Positions 49,725-60,357 of a DNA stretch of 64,000 bases are shown here, piece by piece (positions within the stretch are counted from its first letter, which is position 1; every line of letters starts with the position of its first letter). The DNA lies in the IMG/VR virus record IMGVR_UViG_3300033073_001635, positions 49,341 through 113,340 of that record, one strand, 5' to 3'. The DNA is from a virus (Duplodnaviria; Caudoviricetes). Under the pieces are notes generated by a model that did not search any database, was not told the DNA's origin, and was given only the letters and a program-made list of their open reading frames with translations. The translations under genes and the position numbers were made by a program.

Positions 49725-51859
49725 ATTCTATTTCCTCTGTTTGCGTTGAATCCTCTTCTATGATCTCTTTTTTTAGGTGTAAAAGCTACACCAGCAAGTG
49801 CAGCGCCACTCAAAGTCATAGCTCTACCGCCTGTTACAGCAGAGTTTTCAAACATGTTACTTGTACCAAAATTTTTTGTTAGTTTATCTTTATACATTTT
49901 ATCCATAAAATCAAGTGCTTCGTCATCTAAACTTTCAACCGCTTCTAATTGTTGAGGTCTAGTTTTTCCTTTAGCGCTATCTTTTAATAAACTATTTATC
50001 ATTTTGCCTTCAAACATTTCAGTATTATTGCGTAATAAACTTGCAGCATTTCTACCTATACTTGCACCAACCATACCTGCTACAAAACCAGCCTCTGGAT
50101 TATCATCTGTTGCAGTTCCGATTGCTGCACCAGCTATACCACCAATAATAGATCTACCTGCAAATTTTCTAAAATTATCATCAGAATTAGTAGAAAAGAA
50201 ACCTTCTTGTTTATTATCCATTTTTTGATTTACAGATAATCTAGCTTGTCTAGGTGTCATGTTTTCGTTTAAATTCTGACTATATTGTTGAAACCAACCT
50301 TCAACCCCTTCTTCATCCATATTTTCAAAACTTGAATTAAAAAATGCCTTTAGCGGTTCCGCTTCTTTATCATCTATAACTCCTTGATTTTTATAAAAAT
50401 CTATTCTTTGATTCACAGTTTCTGGATTGTTATTTCTTGCTGCACCTATAAGCTCGTTTTGAAGCATTATATTTTCTTTGTCTCCCATTGCTCTTCTAAA
50501 TACATCAGAAGCAATACTGCCGTCATCAGGCATTGCTTCTAGATTTCTAGTATTATTTAAAGCAGCATAATTAGGATTGTTTTTTAATCTTGCTTCATGA
50601 GATGTTTTTCTTTTTTCTGCAAGTATTTCTGCGTCTGTTTTAACTGGCGGCGGTGGGCTTATTTGTTGTGTTGGTTTTGTAGTATTGGTATTAGTTGGTG
50701 GAGATGAACTATTTAATACTTGATCTAAGGGATTGGGTGTTTGAGATTGATTAATTAAAGGATTGTTCGTCGAGGGAGTTGGATTTGACAGTTGATTTAC
50801 TGATTGTGGATTAACAAAAGGTGAATTTAGTTGTTGTATTGGTGTAATTGGTGGTGGTGGGGGTATTAGACTTCCATTTTGATTAAAGGAAGGTATTTGA
50901 TTTGTTGGATGTGAAATAAGAAAATTTTGAGTTGGTGGTGGTAGTGGTATAATTGGTGGTGGTGGTGGTGGTACTTGGTTTAGATTTGGATTTATTGGTG
51001 TATCGTTTGTTGTACTTCGAAAAAAATCATCTAATTCATCATCAAAATCATCACTAGGTGTATTTATCTGATTAGTGTTTTGTGGTTCATTTTCATGGAT
51101 TTGATTTATAACATTTCGGAAACCTTGAGCATCTTCTTTATGTTTTTGAAGTATATTTTGTCTCGCTGTAACTAAAGTCTTATAATTTTCTTGACTATAA
51201 TTTTCATTTTTATCTGAGATTATTCTTGCTATATTTTCATTTTCATTTTGGTTATTTGCTAATACAGAATCATAATTCTTCAAATAATTATAATGCGTTA
51301 CTTGTGCCTCTTGTAAAATTTCATTAGATACAGTTATTTCTCCTGATCTAATTTGATCCATTTTTTTTGTAACAACGGGCTTAAAAGATTTTAAATACTC
51401 GAACTCTTTTTCGTCAAGCAATTCCTTATGCCGGAATGTTTTTTCATTTAAAAAAAATAATTTTTCTGAGTCCTTATCTGCCAATTCTTTTTCATTTGAA
51501 TTCAATAATTTATTTGGATTTATAAAATCAAATTCATCATCAAGAATAAGGTTGCGACCTTGCAAAGCATTAGTAAAAATTTTCCTATCCTCAGAAATTT
51601 GATGACCTTTTATAGCATTAATATAATCAGTGTCGTTGCTTAAAGTACCAAAAATTTTATCTCTAGCAACCGCTAGATCTCCTGAACCAGATACATCCAT
51701 ATGTGCATGTAGATTAAAATGAAATTTATCTTGTACATATTGTAAAGCCATTGCTTCATCAGATGCATCATTTGACAACCTTTCTGCTACATTACTTAAA
51801 GTACCTGATCTTACTTTAGTTAAAATTCTTCCAAAAGCTTCTACGCCCATAATTACCAA
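49721..51859 (-). CDS. Hypothetical protein with Pro/Gln/Asn-rich linker and C-terminal Gly/Ala hydrophobic helices
   Basis: Poly-Pro tracts at about 50640-51000; IIGGIAGAAIG and AGFVAGMVGASIG segments. Confidence 0.6.
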   Translation of the reverse strand: MVIMGVEAFGRILTKVRSGTLSNVAERLSNDASDEAMALQYVQDKFHFNLHAHMDVSGSGDLAVARDKIFGTLSNDTDYINAIKGHQISEDRKIFTNALQGRNLILDDEFDFINPNKLLNSNEKELADKDSEKLFFLNEKTFRHKELLDEKEFEYLKSFKPVVTKKMDQIRSGEITVSNEILQEAQVTHYNYLKNYDSVLANNQNENENIARIISDKNENYSQENYKTLVTARQNILQKHKEDAQGFRNVINQIHENEPQNTNQINTPSDDFDDELDDFFRSTTNDTPINPNLNQVPPPPPPIIPLPPPTQNFLISHPTNQIPSFNQNGSLIPPPPPITPIQQLNSPFVNPQSVNQLSNPTPSTNNPLINQSQTPNPLDQVLNSSSPPTNTNTTKPTQQISPPPPVKTDAEILAEKRKTSHEARLKNNPNYAALNNTRNLEAMPDDGSIASDVFRRAMGDKENIMLQNELIGAARNNNPETVNQRIDFYKNQGVIDDKEAEPLKAFFNSSFENMDEEGVEGWFQQYSQNLNENMTPRQARLSVNQKMDNKQEGFFSTNSDDNFRKFAGRSIIGGIAGAAIGTATDDNPEAGFVAGMVGASIGRNAASLLRNNTEMFEGKMINSLLKDSAKGKTRPQQLEAVESLDDEALDFMDKMYKDKLTKNFGTSNMFENSAVTGGRAMTLSGAALAGVAFTPKKRDHRRGFNANRGNRI

Positions 51860-54039
51860 CTCCTATTTTTAGAACCAAATCTGCCTCTTTTTTGTACTGC
51901 ACCAAAAGAAGCTGTTTGATTGTTTTTTAATGATTCAAGTATAGAAATTTCTTCTTTAGGATTCAAATCTCTAGATTTCTTATTTGTATTTGGTTGATAT
52001 GCAGGTAAATTATTCTTTTTATTATCTGGGTCTTTTTCATTGAATTCACCACGCATTATTTTTAATACATTTATTTGCCCTGGATATGATTTTTTTTGCA
52101 AATCACTAATTTTTTGATTAGCTTCTTCATCTGGAGTTAAAGATTCATAAGTATTTTTGCCAGTAGAAATAAATTTAGGAGCGCTTATTCCAATTCCTTT
52201 ACCACTAAATACTGATTCTTCAATTACTAAAGCTCCCAAAGCTAACATCATTGCATCTAATCTGTGATCTCCTATTTTTTCATTCTGCATGCCATATACT
52301 GGTTTTCCAGTTTGTGCATTTCTTTTTAATATAATATAATTAGCTAACTGTAATTTTAATCTTTCATCTTCTGCCGGAAATATAATTAAATTCTCTTGAA
52401 AAATTCTAATAGCATTTTCTACTAAGAAATTTTTAGCAGCTTTTTTAACTACATCATTTGTAATTGGATCTTTTAGTTCAACATTTCCTGAAAAATTAAA
52501 AGAAGTTAATCTGTCTGGTATTAAAACAGTTTCAACATCTATTGCAGTTTTATTTCTTTTTTCTCTCAACTGATAAGCTTGAAATCTTAAATCTTCGATA
52601 ATAGTATGTCCATAACCTTCATCTGCATAAATATAATTTGGTTTCCATTTATAATTTAAAGCAATCAATTCTTTAATCCAACGTTTTGCAGAGTATTCTT
52701 CTGCAGGTACATTTATTGCATCTAAAGCAACCCATAATTGTGACTCTGGAAAATAACCAATTACATAAAATTCAGTGCCTGCATTTTTATTCCAATCTAT
52801 GCCAATCGAAACAATTCTTGAATTTGGTGCTTGTATACCAATTCTTGCTAAAGTGTGATTATTAGAAGCATCTAAATAAGTGTAATCAGTTCTTGCTTTT
52901 TGAATCCAATCAGATCTAAATACTCCGCTTTCAGAATCAATAAATTCAGCCATATACTCTGCTAAAAAAGATTCTTTAGTAGACTCTCTAATTATTTCTT
53001 CTTTAATTTGTTCCCAGTGAGGAATCACTGTTGATGGATGAAAATCTTCTTTAAAATCTGGACGCTCTAAACACCATTCATAAAATTTAGATTTCTTACC
53101 AATTGGTGTAGATGTTGCAATTAACATTGTATCTGGTGTAGTAGCTAAAATAGGATTGATAACTTTATCTAATACATCTTTTGGAATCATATCCATTTCA
53201 TCTAGATAAACAATATCTGCAGAAAAACCACGCATAGTACCACCACCAGAACCATCTTGACGCATACCAATACCTGAAACAAAACCTGTAATTGTAGCTT
53301 GATTTTTGAATTCCATTTTAAAAGTTGGAGTTTTTACATAGAGATTATCTCCGGTGCCTGATGTAACTTCTAAACGTAATTCATAATTACGTTTAACTAA
53401 CTTTTCCATTTCTTCAAAAATATTAGTTAATTGAGCTTGATAAGGTGTTACTATCATTATACTTGGACCAAGCATGACTTCATTACCTTGCAAATCTCTA
53501 CCTTTAGATACTTTCAAATTAAATGCATAGTAAAGTAATTTAAGTGCGCTCATAAATGTTTTACCAGAACGACGTCCTTCTCTAATTGCAATACGCTTAG
53601 AAGTACATCTCAATTGCTCTTTTTGGTATGCTCTTAATTTCCATTTATTATCTTTATCATCAAAGCCAAAAATTAATTCAGCCCAAGCCACAGGATCAAT
53701 TGTAGCAAGCATTAATTTTTTAGCATGTTCTTTATCCATTTTTGTAGTCTTTACAATTTCATCTAATCTTTCAGCAGAACCTGGAGGCAACCCTCTAGGG
53801 ATGCCTTTGCAAGGTATAATAAACTTACTTTCTTCAGGATATTTTTCTATTTGTCTAATTTGACAAGATATACACGTCTTATGTACATCAGTTCTGATTC
53901 CATGATTTTCTTTATAATACTGCACAACTTCTTCAGGTATATCTGCATGTATTTTATGATGTCGAATTCCATATTCATTTATTTCATATAAAGTGTTAAT
54001 ATCTGGTTTTTTCATTTTATAATCTTCCAAAAGTAGCAA
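51853..54039 (-). CDS. terL: Terminase large subunit
   Basis: LRAYQ adenine-binding motif, Walker A GRRSGKT, Walker B VYLDE, coupling TSTP, nuclease IGIDWN and GDHRLDA. True start may be ATG 54015. Confidence 0.92.
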   Translation of the reverse strand: MLLLEDYKMKKPDINTLYEINEYGIRHHKIHADIPEEVVQYYKENHGIRTDVHKTCISCQIRQIEKYPEESKFIIPCKGIPRGLPPGSAERLDEIVKTTKMDKEHAKKLMLATIDPVAWAELIFGFDDKDNKWKLRAYQKEQLRCTSKRIAIREGRRSGKTFMSALKLLYYAFNLKVSKGRDLQGNEVMLGPSIMIVTPYQAQLTNIFEEMEKLVKRNYELRLEVTSGTGDNLYVKTPTFKMEFKNQATITGFVSGIGMRQDGSGGGTMRGFSADIVYLDEMDMIPKDVLDKVINPILATTPDTMLIATSTPIGKKSKFYEWCLERPDFKEDFHPSTVIPHWEQIKEEIIRESTKESFLAEYMAEFIDSESGVFRSDWIQKARTDYTYLDASNNHTLARIGIQAPNSRIVSIGIDWNKNAGTEFYVIGYFPESQLWVALDAINVPAEEYSAKRWIKELIALNYKWKPNYIYADEGYGHTIIEDLRFQAYQLREKRNKTAIDVETVLIPDRLTSFNFSGNVELKDPITNDVVKKAAKNFLVENAIRIFQENLIIFPAEDERLKLQLANYIILKRNAQTGKPVYGMQNEKIGDHRLDAMMLALGALVIEESVFSGKGIGISAPKFISTGKNTYESLTPDEEANQKISDLQKKSYPGQINVLKIMRGEFNEKDPDNKKNNLPAYQPNTNKKSRDLNPKEEISILESLKNNQTASFGAVQKRGRFGSKNRSW

Positions 54040-55504
54040 AGTAATCTCTATTAGTATGCATTATTGCAGCTTCATTACCTAAAGCATTTCTAGCATTCAT
54101 ATGAGAAGAACTCATTGCTTGTAAAGCTCTTTGACGCATCGTTACTGCATTTCTAGAGAAAAACGGTTGAGGATCTTTAGCAAAATCAAATCGATTATGT
54201 GCTTCGCCAATTCTTTTAAATCCTTCTCCCATTATACCACTTGCTGCAGAAGTTGCAAGCATAGCAGAACCAGCAACTGCAGCAGTTACTGCTAAACTAC
54301 CAATATTACTAAACGCCATAGAACCAACAGGTGCTAATGCAGCAGCACCAAAAATACCACCACCAACACCTGCAATAAAGGTATTATCTGCGCCTAACAT
54401 TTCAGAAGCAGATGTAGCTAAAGAGCTACCTATTGAATAACCAACCGATGCAAACATATAAGAACCTATACCAGGTGCAATTAAACCTAAAGCTCTATCG
54501 ATATATGGAATTGCTTTCATTGCACCAAAGCTACCAACTCTAAAAAAAGAATTTGCTTGATAAACTTTTGAAGTTTCTGTTATAGCTGGCTCAGCTTGAA
54601 CTTGTTGATTTAATTTAAAAATAGAACCTTCGATTAGTTTTGTATCAACTTGTAATGCTTTAGCTCTTTGTATTTTCTTTTCTAATCTGGCTGTTACTTT
54701 TGGATTTCTTTCAGAACCAGAAACGTATTTTCGTTTTTGTGTTTCTAGGTTTTTTATTTCTTGTTCTCTTTTTAAGTTACTTTCTAATCTTCTTTCTAAT
54801 CTTGGAATTTGTTCTCTTTTTTGAGTTAATTTACCTTTAGGTTGAGAAGGATCTTTAGCATGTATTTTATCTTGATTTCTATTTTCTATATATCTGTTTA
54901 TTTCATTTTGAGTAAAACCACCTTGTTGCATAAATTTACTAAGTTTTCTATCACTTAAATTTCCTACAGTATGTTCTCGTTGAGAAGCTTGTATGCCATA
55001 ACCATAAGACAAACTCATAGTAGTTGCTTCTTGAAAAACCCCTTCTGCACCATTTTCGCTATAACCAGAATATAATCCATATGCAAAACCTAAAGGATTT
55101 AAAACTCTAAAAAGCATAGGCATGGGAACATTCCCAATACCTCTACCAGGAGTTAAATTATCAGTTAAATTTACAATACTTTTATTTACTTCCGATGCTG
55201 ATAAAGCTCTACCAAATCCATTTTCATTATATATTTTAGGTCCATTAGTTGTCATTTTGTAAAAATTAGTATTATTATTCATCTCTTGATTATAGAATAC
55301 AGGAGCAATAGTTGTACTATTTAAATTATTACCTTGAACATTCATAGAAGAAAAAATACTAGAGTGAGCACCTCTAGATAACATTTCTCTAGAACCATAA
55401 CCTACACCCATTAAAGCTGCACCACCAGTAAGCATGGAAATAGTATCCGCTTTGCTTACATTCTTCTCTTTTTTCTCTTTATATATCTCTGAATAATCTG
55501 CCAT
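54017..55504 (-). CDS. Hypothetical Gly/Ala-rich hydrophobic protein (candidate ejected/internal virion protein)
   Basis: Long GA-rich hydrophobic C-terminal half and a basic coiled-coil middle. Confidence 0.55.
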   Translation of the reverse strand: MADYSEIYKEKKEKNVSKADTISMLTGGAALMGVGYGSREMLSRGAHSSIFSSMNVQGNNLNSTTIAPVFYNQEMNNNTNFYKMTTNGPKIYNENGFGRALSASEVNKSIVNLTDNLTPGRGIGNVPMPMLFRVLNPLGFAYGLYSGYSENGAEGVFQEATTMSLSYGYGIQASQREHTVGNLSDRKLSKFMQQGGFTQNEINRYIENRNQDKIHAKDPSQPKGKLTQKREQIPRLERRLESNLKREQEIKNLETQKRKYVSGSERNPKVTARLEKKIQRAKALQVDTKLIEGSIFKLNQQVQAEPAITETSKVYQANSFFRVGSFGAMKAIPYIDRALGLIAPGIGSYMFASVGYSIGSSLATSASEMLGADNTFIAGVGGGIFGAAALAPVGSMAFSNIGSLAVTAAVAGSAMLATSAASGIMGEGFKRIGEAHNRFDFAKDPQPFFSRNAVTMRQRALQAMSSSHMNARNALGNEAAIMHTNRDYFATFGRL

Positions 55505-55506
55505 TT

Positions 55507-58500
55507 TTACATCCTAGTGTGATTTTGTTTTAAGTGAATTAAAGCTTTATGTTGAGCATTTTGCATATTGTTAAATCTTCTAGCTCTAATTGCTTTATTA
55601 GTTGTTTGATTTGTTATTTTTGTAATTTCAGAATTATTGCTTGTTGTTTGTACAGTTTCTATTAAATCAATATTATTCTGTAACATTTGTCCAGAATATT
55701 TAAGTTTATTTTCAACATCTTTACTACCTTTAGTTTCTATTAAACGTTTTAAATCATATTGTAAACTAGGCATATGTTCATTATGTCTAGCCATTTTTCT
55801 ATGTTGATCAAAATCTGCATCAAAAGGTCTAATATTCTTTTTTTGAGAATATTTCTTTTTTAAATCTTCTGAAATTAAAACACTAGGTTCAATAGAAACT
55901 TGCCTAGTATTATTCTTAATTTCATTAAAAGTTTGATCCATTTCTTCTCTATGAAAGTCAGATATTCTACCTTGTTTTTGCGCACTTAACATAATACCTA
56001 ATATATTAGTTAAATTTGCGTTTTCAGCACTTTTAGTTTTATTTGCAAAAGTATTAAAAGTAACAGTTTGTTGAGTTTGTTTATTCATTTCATTATATAC
56101 TTGAAAAAATGGTTCACTCCACATACCTCGACGTTGTTCTACTGCATATTTTTGAGCGGCACTAAAAGCTTTTTCATTGTACATTTGCTCTTGACCTTTA
56201 CCTTCATAAGGTAAGTAAGCAACCGCACCTCTCTTTAATAATTCTAAATTTAAATTTCTGTCTCCAGCAAATAAAGTAGCAACTTGACGTCCATAAGTAA
56301 TATTTGTTGGATCAAATACTAAAGACAATTCTTTTCCTTGCATTAAAGATTTCAACATTTCTTTTGAAATCTCAGCATGTGGCTGTGCTGCTCTTTCATC
56401 ATGTGAAGTTTCAGGAGCATCAATACCAGCCAAACGAAATGAATAATTACCGCTACCCATAAACTTAGAAAGAGGATTATCTGTAACGCCCTTTCTTTGT
56501 AATGTAATAGTATCGGCGTCTTCTACTGAGATATGAAAATCATCTTTGTTTATTACTAAACGCTTTAAATTATTACCTTTTAAACTTAATAATTGTTCTT
56601 GAGTTAATCCTTGATTAGGGCTAGCAAATTCTCTAAATATCTCTCTCATTTCAGGTTTGTAAGCTACGTGACTTCTTAAAAGATTAAATATATCTCCTCT
56701 TTCAGTAAAATGTCTTTCGTTAAACATATAAGAAGAATATTTTTGGCGTTCTCTTATTAATTCTTGATCTTCAAAAACACTATATGATGTTGCAGGACCT
56801 TGATAAGGAGAACCGAAATCTGTATTTACTTTACGCATTAAAGATGCTAAACCATTTTCAGCCAAACCATCATTTTCTGCAAAATATTTATCTTTAATTG
56901 CAGTTTTAAAATTACTTTCAGATCCAAAAAATTTCTTTTGATTTTCAAACCATCTATCATAACTAGGAGAAAGATTAGATGTTTCACTTGCCTTTGTTAA
57001 AGGTGAATCTTGAACTAAACTTAATGTAGCTAAAGCAGCTGCACCAACACCATACATACCAAAAAATTTTAAGCCTGCAGGAGAACTAGCAAATTCTGTA
57101 AATACTTTATTTAAACCATTATCAAAATTTTGTTCAATAATAGTATTTGCAATATTATCTAACTCGGAAACACTTAAACCAGCAGGTAATGCTTTTATAT
57201 TGCTAGCTGCAGTTTCTAATGCAACTGCACTAGGTTGCAAGAATGGTTTAGATTGTATATTCTCTGGTACTTTTCTATCAAAAACATAATTCTTTATTTC
57301 TTTTTCAGTATATAAAGGCACAGCACCTTTATCGTTTTTTGGCATATTAAAAGATTCTTCTAATCTAAAATTCAAATCAGCATATCTTTTAGCTTGTTCA
57401 TTTAAATCTACTGAAGCATCATGCGCAGGATCCGTATAAGTAGCACCATAAGAAGTTTTTATTTCACCATAATCTATATAATTTCTAAAACCAGACTTAT
57501 AATCTCCTAAAGTTTTTTGGTTATAAACAGGCACTTTATTTAAATCTTGTTCAAATTTTAAATTCGTATCGCCTAAATCAATTTGTCTTTGAGCAGATTG
57601 TTCAATTACTTTTTTTGTTAACTCTCCATAATTTGAAGCTCTTGATGTTACATATTGTTTTGAATCCATTACTTGACCAGTGGTTTCGTAATGTTTTATC
57701 TCAAAAAAAGCTCTTCCAAAAGCAGCTTCTCTATTTGTTTCAGGCGGAGTAATAAAAATTTTTTCATTTTTTTGTGCAACTAATGGTTCTCCTGCAAGAA
57801 ATTTTTCTTTAGCTAAATTAATTTCCGCTTCAGAATAACCACTAGTAGTTTTCTGATAACCAGGTTCAGCAACAAATGCATGATGTTGTATTTCATTAAT
57901 CATCGCTTCAACAGGTATTGGTTTTGATCTAGATTGTAATAAACTAGCTGTATGTTTGTGTTCTGTAGCTTTTTTAATTACATCTCTGATTTTCTCAGTA
58001 GTCTTTACTTCATGCGGTTTTTTAAATTTTTCTAAATTTAATTGAGGTAATTTTTTTGGAGTTCTTGATGTTAAAGACAAATCTACTCTATTTGTAAAGT
58101 CAGAAGATATAAACCTTTCAGATAATGATTCAAATCCTTTTATTAAATCGTGTACTTTATTACCTCTAGTACTTAAAAAATTCTTTAGATCTGCACGTTT
58201 TTTTATTGCAGTTTCACTTTGTTTTCTACTATCTAATAGATCAGAATCAAATTCATAAGATTCACCGGTATGATAAATAAAATTTCTCTCTAGTAATTCT
58301 TGTTCTAAAGTTTCTATTTCTTTAGCTCTACCTGAGTAATTATATAAATTGTTTTGAATTAAACTCTTTTTAAAAGAATTATAAGAAGCAATTATCTTTC
58401 TATTATAAGATGGTGTCTTTATTTTTTCAGTAACAATAGTATCTGAATACAAGCTTTTTAATTGTTGAACATTCTCTTCTGGAACTCCTTGATTCCTTAA

Positions 58501-60357
58501 AACTTGTTCTGCGCTTTGAATATGTTGTTGTTCTCTATATAAAGGTGTTTCAGTTAATTGAGAAGCTGAAATTTGTGCGGTATCTGCAATTTCTCCTAAA
58601 TCTGAAACAATTCTAGATTGTAAATTAATTTCTTGAATCTTAGGTACAATCTCTTCAAAAATTTTAGAATATGTAGCCGCTCTATATAAAGGGTCTGTTC
58701 TTTTTAAATTTTTTATATGTGCTATTTTTTCTTCTTCTGACATTTTAGAAAAACGTGACAAAGCTTCTGCTTGCACTACTGATTCTCTTAATACTATATT
58801 TTCATGTATTAAAGTATCCAAACCTGCAGTGTGAGTTTCTTTAAAACTAGAAAGTATTTCTTTTAATTCTGCTTCTGGAGCGTTTTCACTTAAAGCATTT
58901 GTAAACATATACAAACGAGATTGTGCTTCAATTGAAAGCCCTAAAGGAGACGAGACGTTTGAAAGTAAACCTTCTTTAACCAACATAGATTGTTGGGATC
59001 TAATTACATCTTGAATATCTCTTGCACTGCCTGGTTTTGTAGTTTGAAAAAATACATCAGAAACATTGCTATAATCACCATGTACTCTTGCTTCTGCTAG
59101 AGCAGCATTATACTCAATGCCAGTAGAGTAAAAAGGTTCACCAGTAGAAGCAGATGCAGGGATTCCTGCAATAGTCATAAATGGATTATTTTTTATAAAT
59201 GCACGACTTCTTAAATCTGCAATTTGACGTTTAGTTAAAGAAACGTTATCTGGGATTGCATTTTCTTTTCTATAAGCTTCCTCTGCAAGAATCATTTCCT
59301 CTCTTGCTTCAGAAGCAATTTGTGAACCAAATTTTTTCGCTTCAAATTTAATATTAGCAACATAAAGAGCTTTGTTTTTCATTAGCTGTGCTAATTGTTG
59401 TTGCATTTGTTTCATTGAAACATTGGTATGCACATTTATTTTAACATCTTTTGTTAAACCGGAAATTCTTTGACTAGAATATTTAAATTTAGAAAAGTAA
59501 TCTTGCATCAAAGCATTAAAAGTACTTGAATCGTATTGCATATTTCTAGTACGCATATACCTTAAATACTCTGCTTCAGCAGGATTTGAAGTTAAAAATT
59601 TATTAAAACTTTCAGAACCTTCCAATATATATCTTGAAAGAAACGGTTCATCTCTCTCAAACGCAGCATGCAACCCAACTTCTTTTAATAATCTAGTATC
59701 TTCTAATTGAGGATTTAAAGCATCGTTTTCTATTAACAAAGTTTCTGCTTTTAAAATTTCATTAGCAGCGCTAGAATCCTTATCAAAATTTTTTACTTTA
59801 ATTAATTTCTTTTCTAAAGATTCTATTTGATTCTGTAATACAGTATCTAAATTATTAAAATAGGTAGCATTTCTTTTTAAATTTTTTATATTTTCAAGTA
59901 TTTCATTGTAACTATTCTTATTCATTAAATAGTCAACAATAGCAATATCTCTAAAAGACATCTGCTTTACTAAATCAGGATGCATGCCTTTCAATACATT
60001 TACTTGATTCAACTTAGAAGAGGAAACCATATTGGCATTAGTATCTTCTAATTTTCTAATTAAATTAGCTTCCGGAATAAATATATTTAATTCATTTTGC
60101 TCTAAATTGAATAAAGCAACTTCATGCATAGATTCAGTTTTTAAACCTAGAGTTTCAATATCTAAAATCGCTGCATTTTTTAAAATATCTTTAGAATCAG
60201 TAAAAGGTAAAGACTTAGTATCTAAGGTACTAGTTGCTACTTGCTGTTCTCTTTTTTGAATTTGAAAAATAAAACTTTCTGATTCAGAAAAAGCAAGACT
60301 TGATTTAGAAGTATCTAAGGGTTTGTAAGTAGTTCTGAGATATTTTTGCTGTGTCAT
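55507..60357 (-). CDS. Large protein with N-terminal DEDDh 3'-5' exonuclease and C-terminal SNase (thermonuclease) domains
   Basis: ExoI ILDIETLG (D66), ExoII-like ANIKFE, ExoIII HTAGLD (H509/D514); SNase EDADT (D1280), RLAGIDAPE, YGRQVA, LNLELLKRG, RRGMWS. Confidence 0.75.
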   Translation of the reverse strand: MTQQKYLRTTYKPLDTSKSSLAFSESESFIFQIQKREQQVATSTLDTKSLPFTDSKDILKNAAILDIETLGLKTESMHEVALFNLEQNELNIFIPEANLIRKLEDTNANMVSSSKLNQVNVLKGMHPDLVKQMSFRDIAIVDYLMNKNSYNEILENIKNLKRNATYFNNLDTVLQNQIESLEKKLIKVKNFDKDSSAANEILKAETLLIENDALNPQLEDTRLLKEVGLHAAFERDEPFLSRYILEGSESFNKFLTSNPAEAEYLRYMRTRNMQYDSSTFNALMQDYFSKFKYSSQRISGLTKDVKINVHTNVSMKQMQQQLAQLMKNKALYVANIKFEAKKFGSQIASEAREEMILAEEAYRKENAIPDNVSLTKRQIADLRSRAFIKNNPFMTIAGIPASASTGEPFYSTGIEYNAALAEARVHGDYSNVSDVFFQTTKPGSARDIQDVIRSQQSMLVKEGLLSNVSSPLGLSIEAQSRLYMFTNALSENAPEAELKEILSSFKETHTAGLDTLIHENIVLRESVVQAEALSRFSKMSEEEKIAHIKNLKRTDPLYRAATYSKIFEEIVPKIQEINLQSRIVSDLGEIADTAQISASQLTETPLYREQQHIQSAEQVLRNQGVPEENVQQLKSLYSDTIVTEKIKTPSYNRKIIASYNSFKKSLIQNNLYNYSGRAKEIETLEQELLERNFIYHTGESYEFDSDLLDSRKQSETAIKKRADLKNFLSTRGNKVHDLIKGFESLSERFISSDFTNRVDLSLTSRTPKKLPQLNLEKFKKPHEVKTTEKIRDVIKKATEHKHTASLLQSRSKPIPVEAMINEIQHHAFVAEPGYQKTTSGYSEAEINLAKEKFLAGEPLVAQKNEKIFITPPETNREAAFGRAFFEIKHYETTGQVMDSKQYVTSRASNYGELTKKVIEQSAQRQIDLGDTNLKFEQDLNKVPVYNQKTLGDYKSGFRNYIDYGEIKTSYGATYTDPAHDASVDLNEQAKRYADLNFRLEESFNMPKNDKGAVPLYTEKEIKNYVFDRKVPENIQSKPFLQPSAVALETAASNIKALPAGLSVSELDNIANTIIEQNFDNGLNKVFTEFASSPAGLKFFGMYGVGAAALATLSLVQDSPLTKASETSNLSPSYDRWFENQKKFFGSESNFKTAIKDKYFAENDGLAENGLASLMRKVNTDFGSPYQGPATSYSVFEDQELIRERQKYSSYMFNERHFTERGDIFNLLRSHVAYKPEMREIFREFASPNQGLTQEQLLSLKGNNLKRLVINKDDFHISVEDADTITLQRKGVTDNPLSKFMGSGNYSFRLAGIDAPETSHDERAAQPHAEISKEMLKSLMQGKELSLVFDPTNITYGRQVATLFAGDRNLNLELLKRGAVAYLPYEGKGQEQMYNEKAFSAAQKYAVEQRRGMWSEPFFQVYNEMNKQTQQTVTFNTFANKTKSAENANLTNILGIMLSAQKQGRISDFHREEMDQTFNEIKNNTRQVSIEPSVLISEDLKKKYSQKKNIRPFDADFDQHRKMARHNEHMPSLQYDLKRLIETKGSKDVENKLKYSGQMLQNNIDLIETVQTTSNNSEITKITNQTTNKAIRARRFNNMQNAQHKALIHLKQNHTRM

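Noticed and set aside
497-60259. Many short plus-strand ORFs in the track (e.g. 5958-6194, 39585-40094, 42352-42753)
   Set aside because: They lie antisense within long, motif-bearing minus-strand genes and read as shadow frames.
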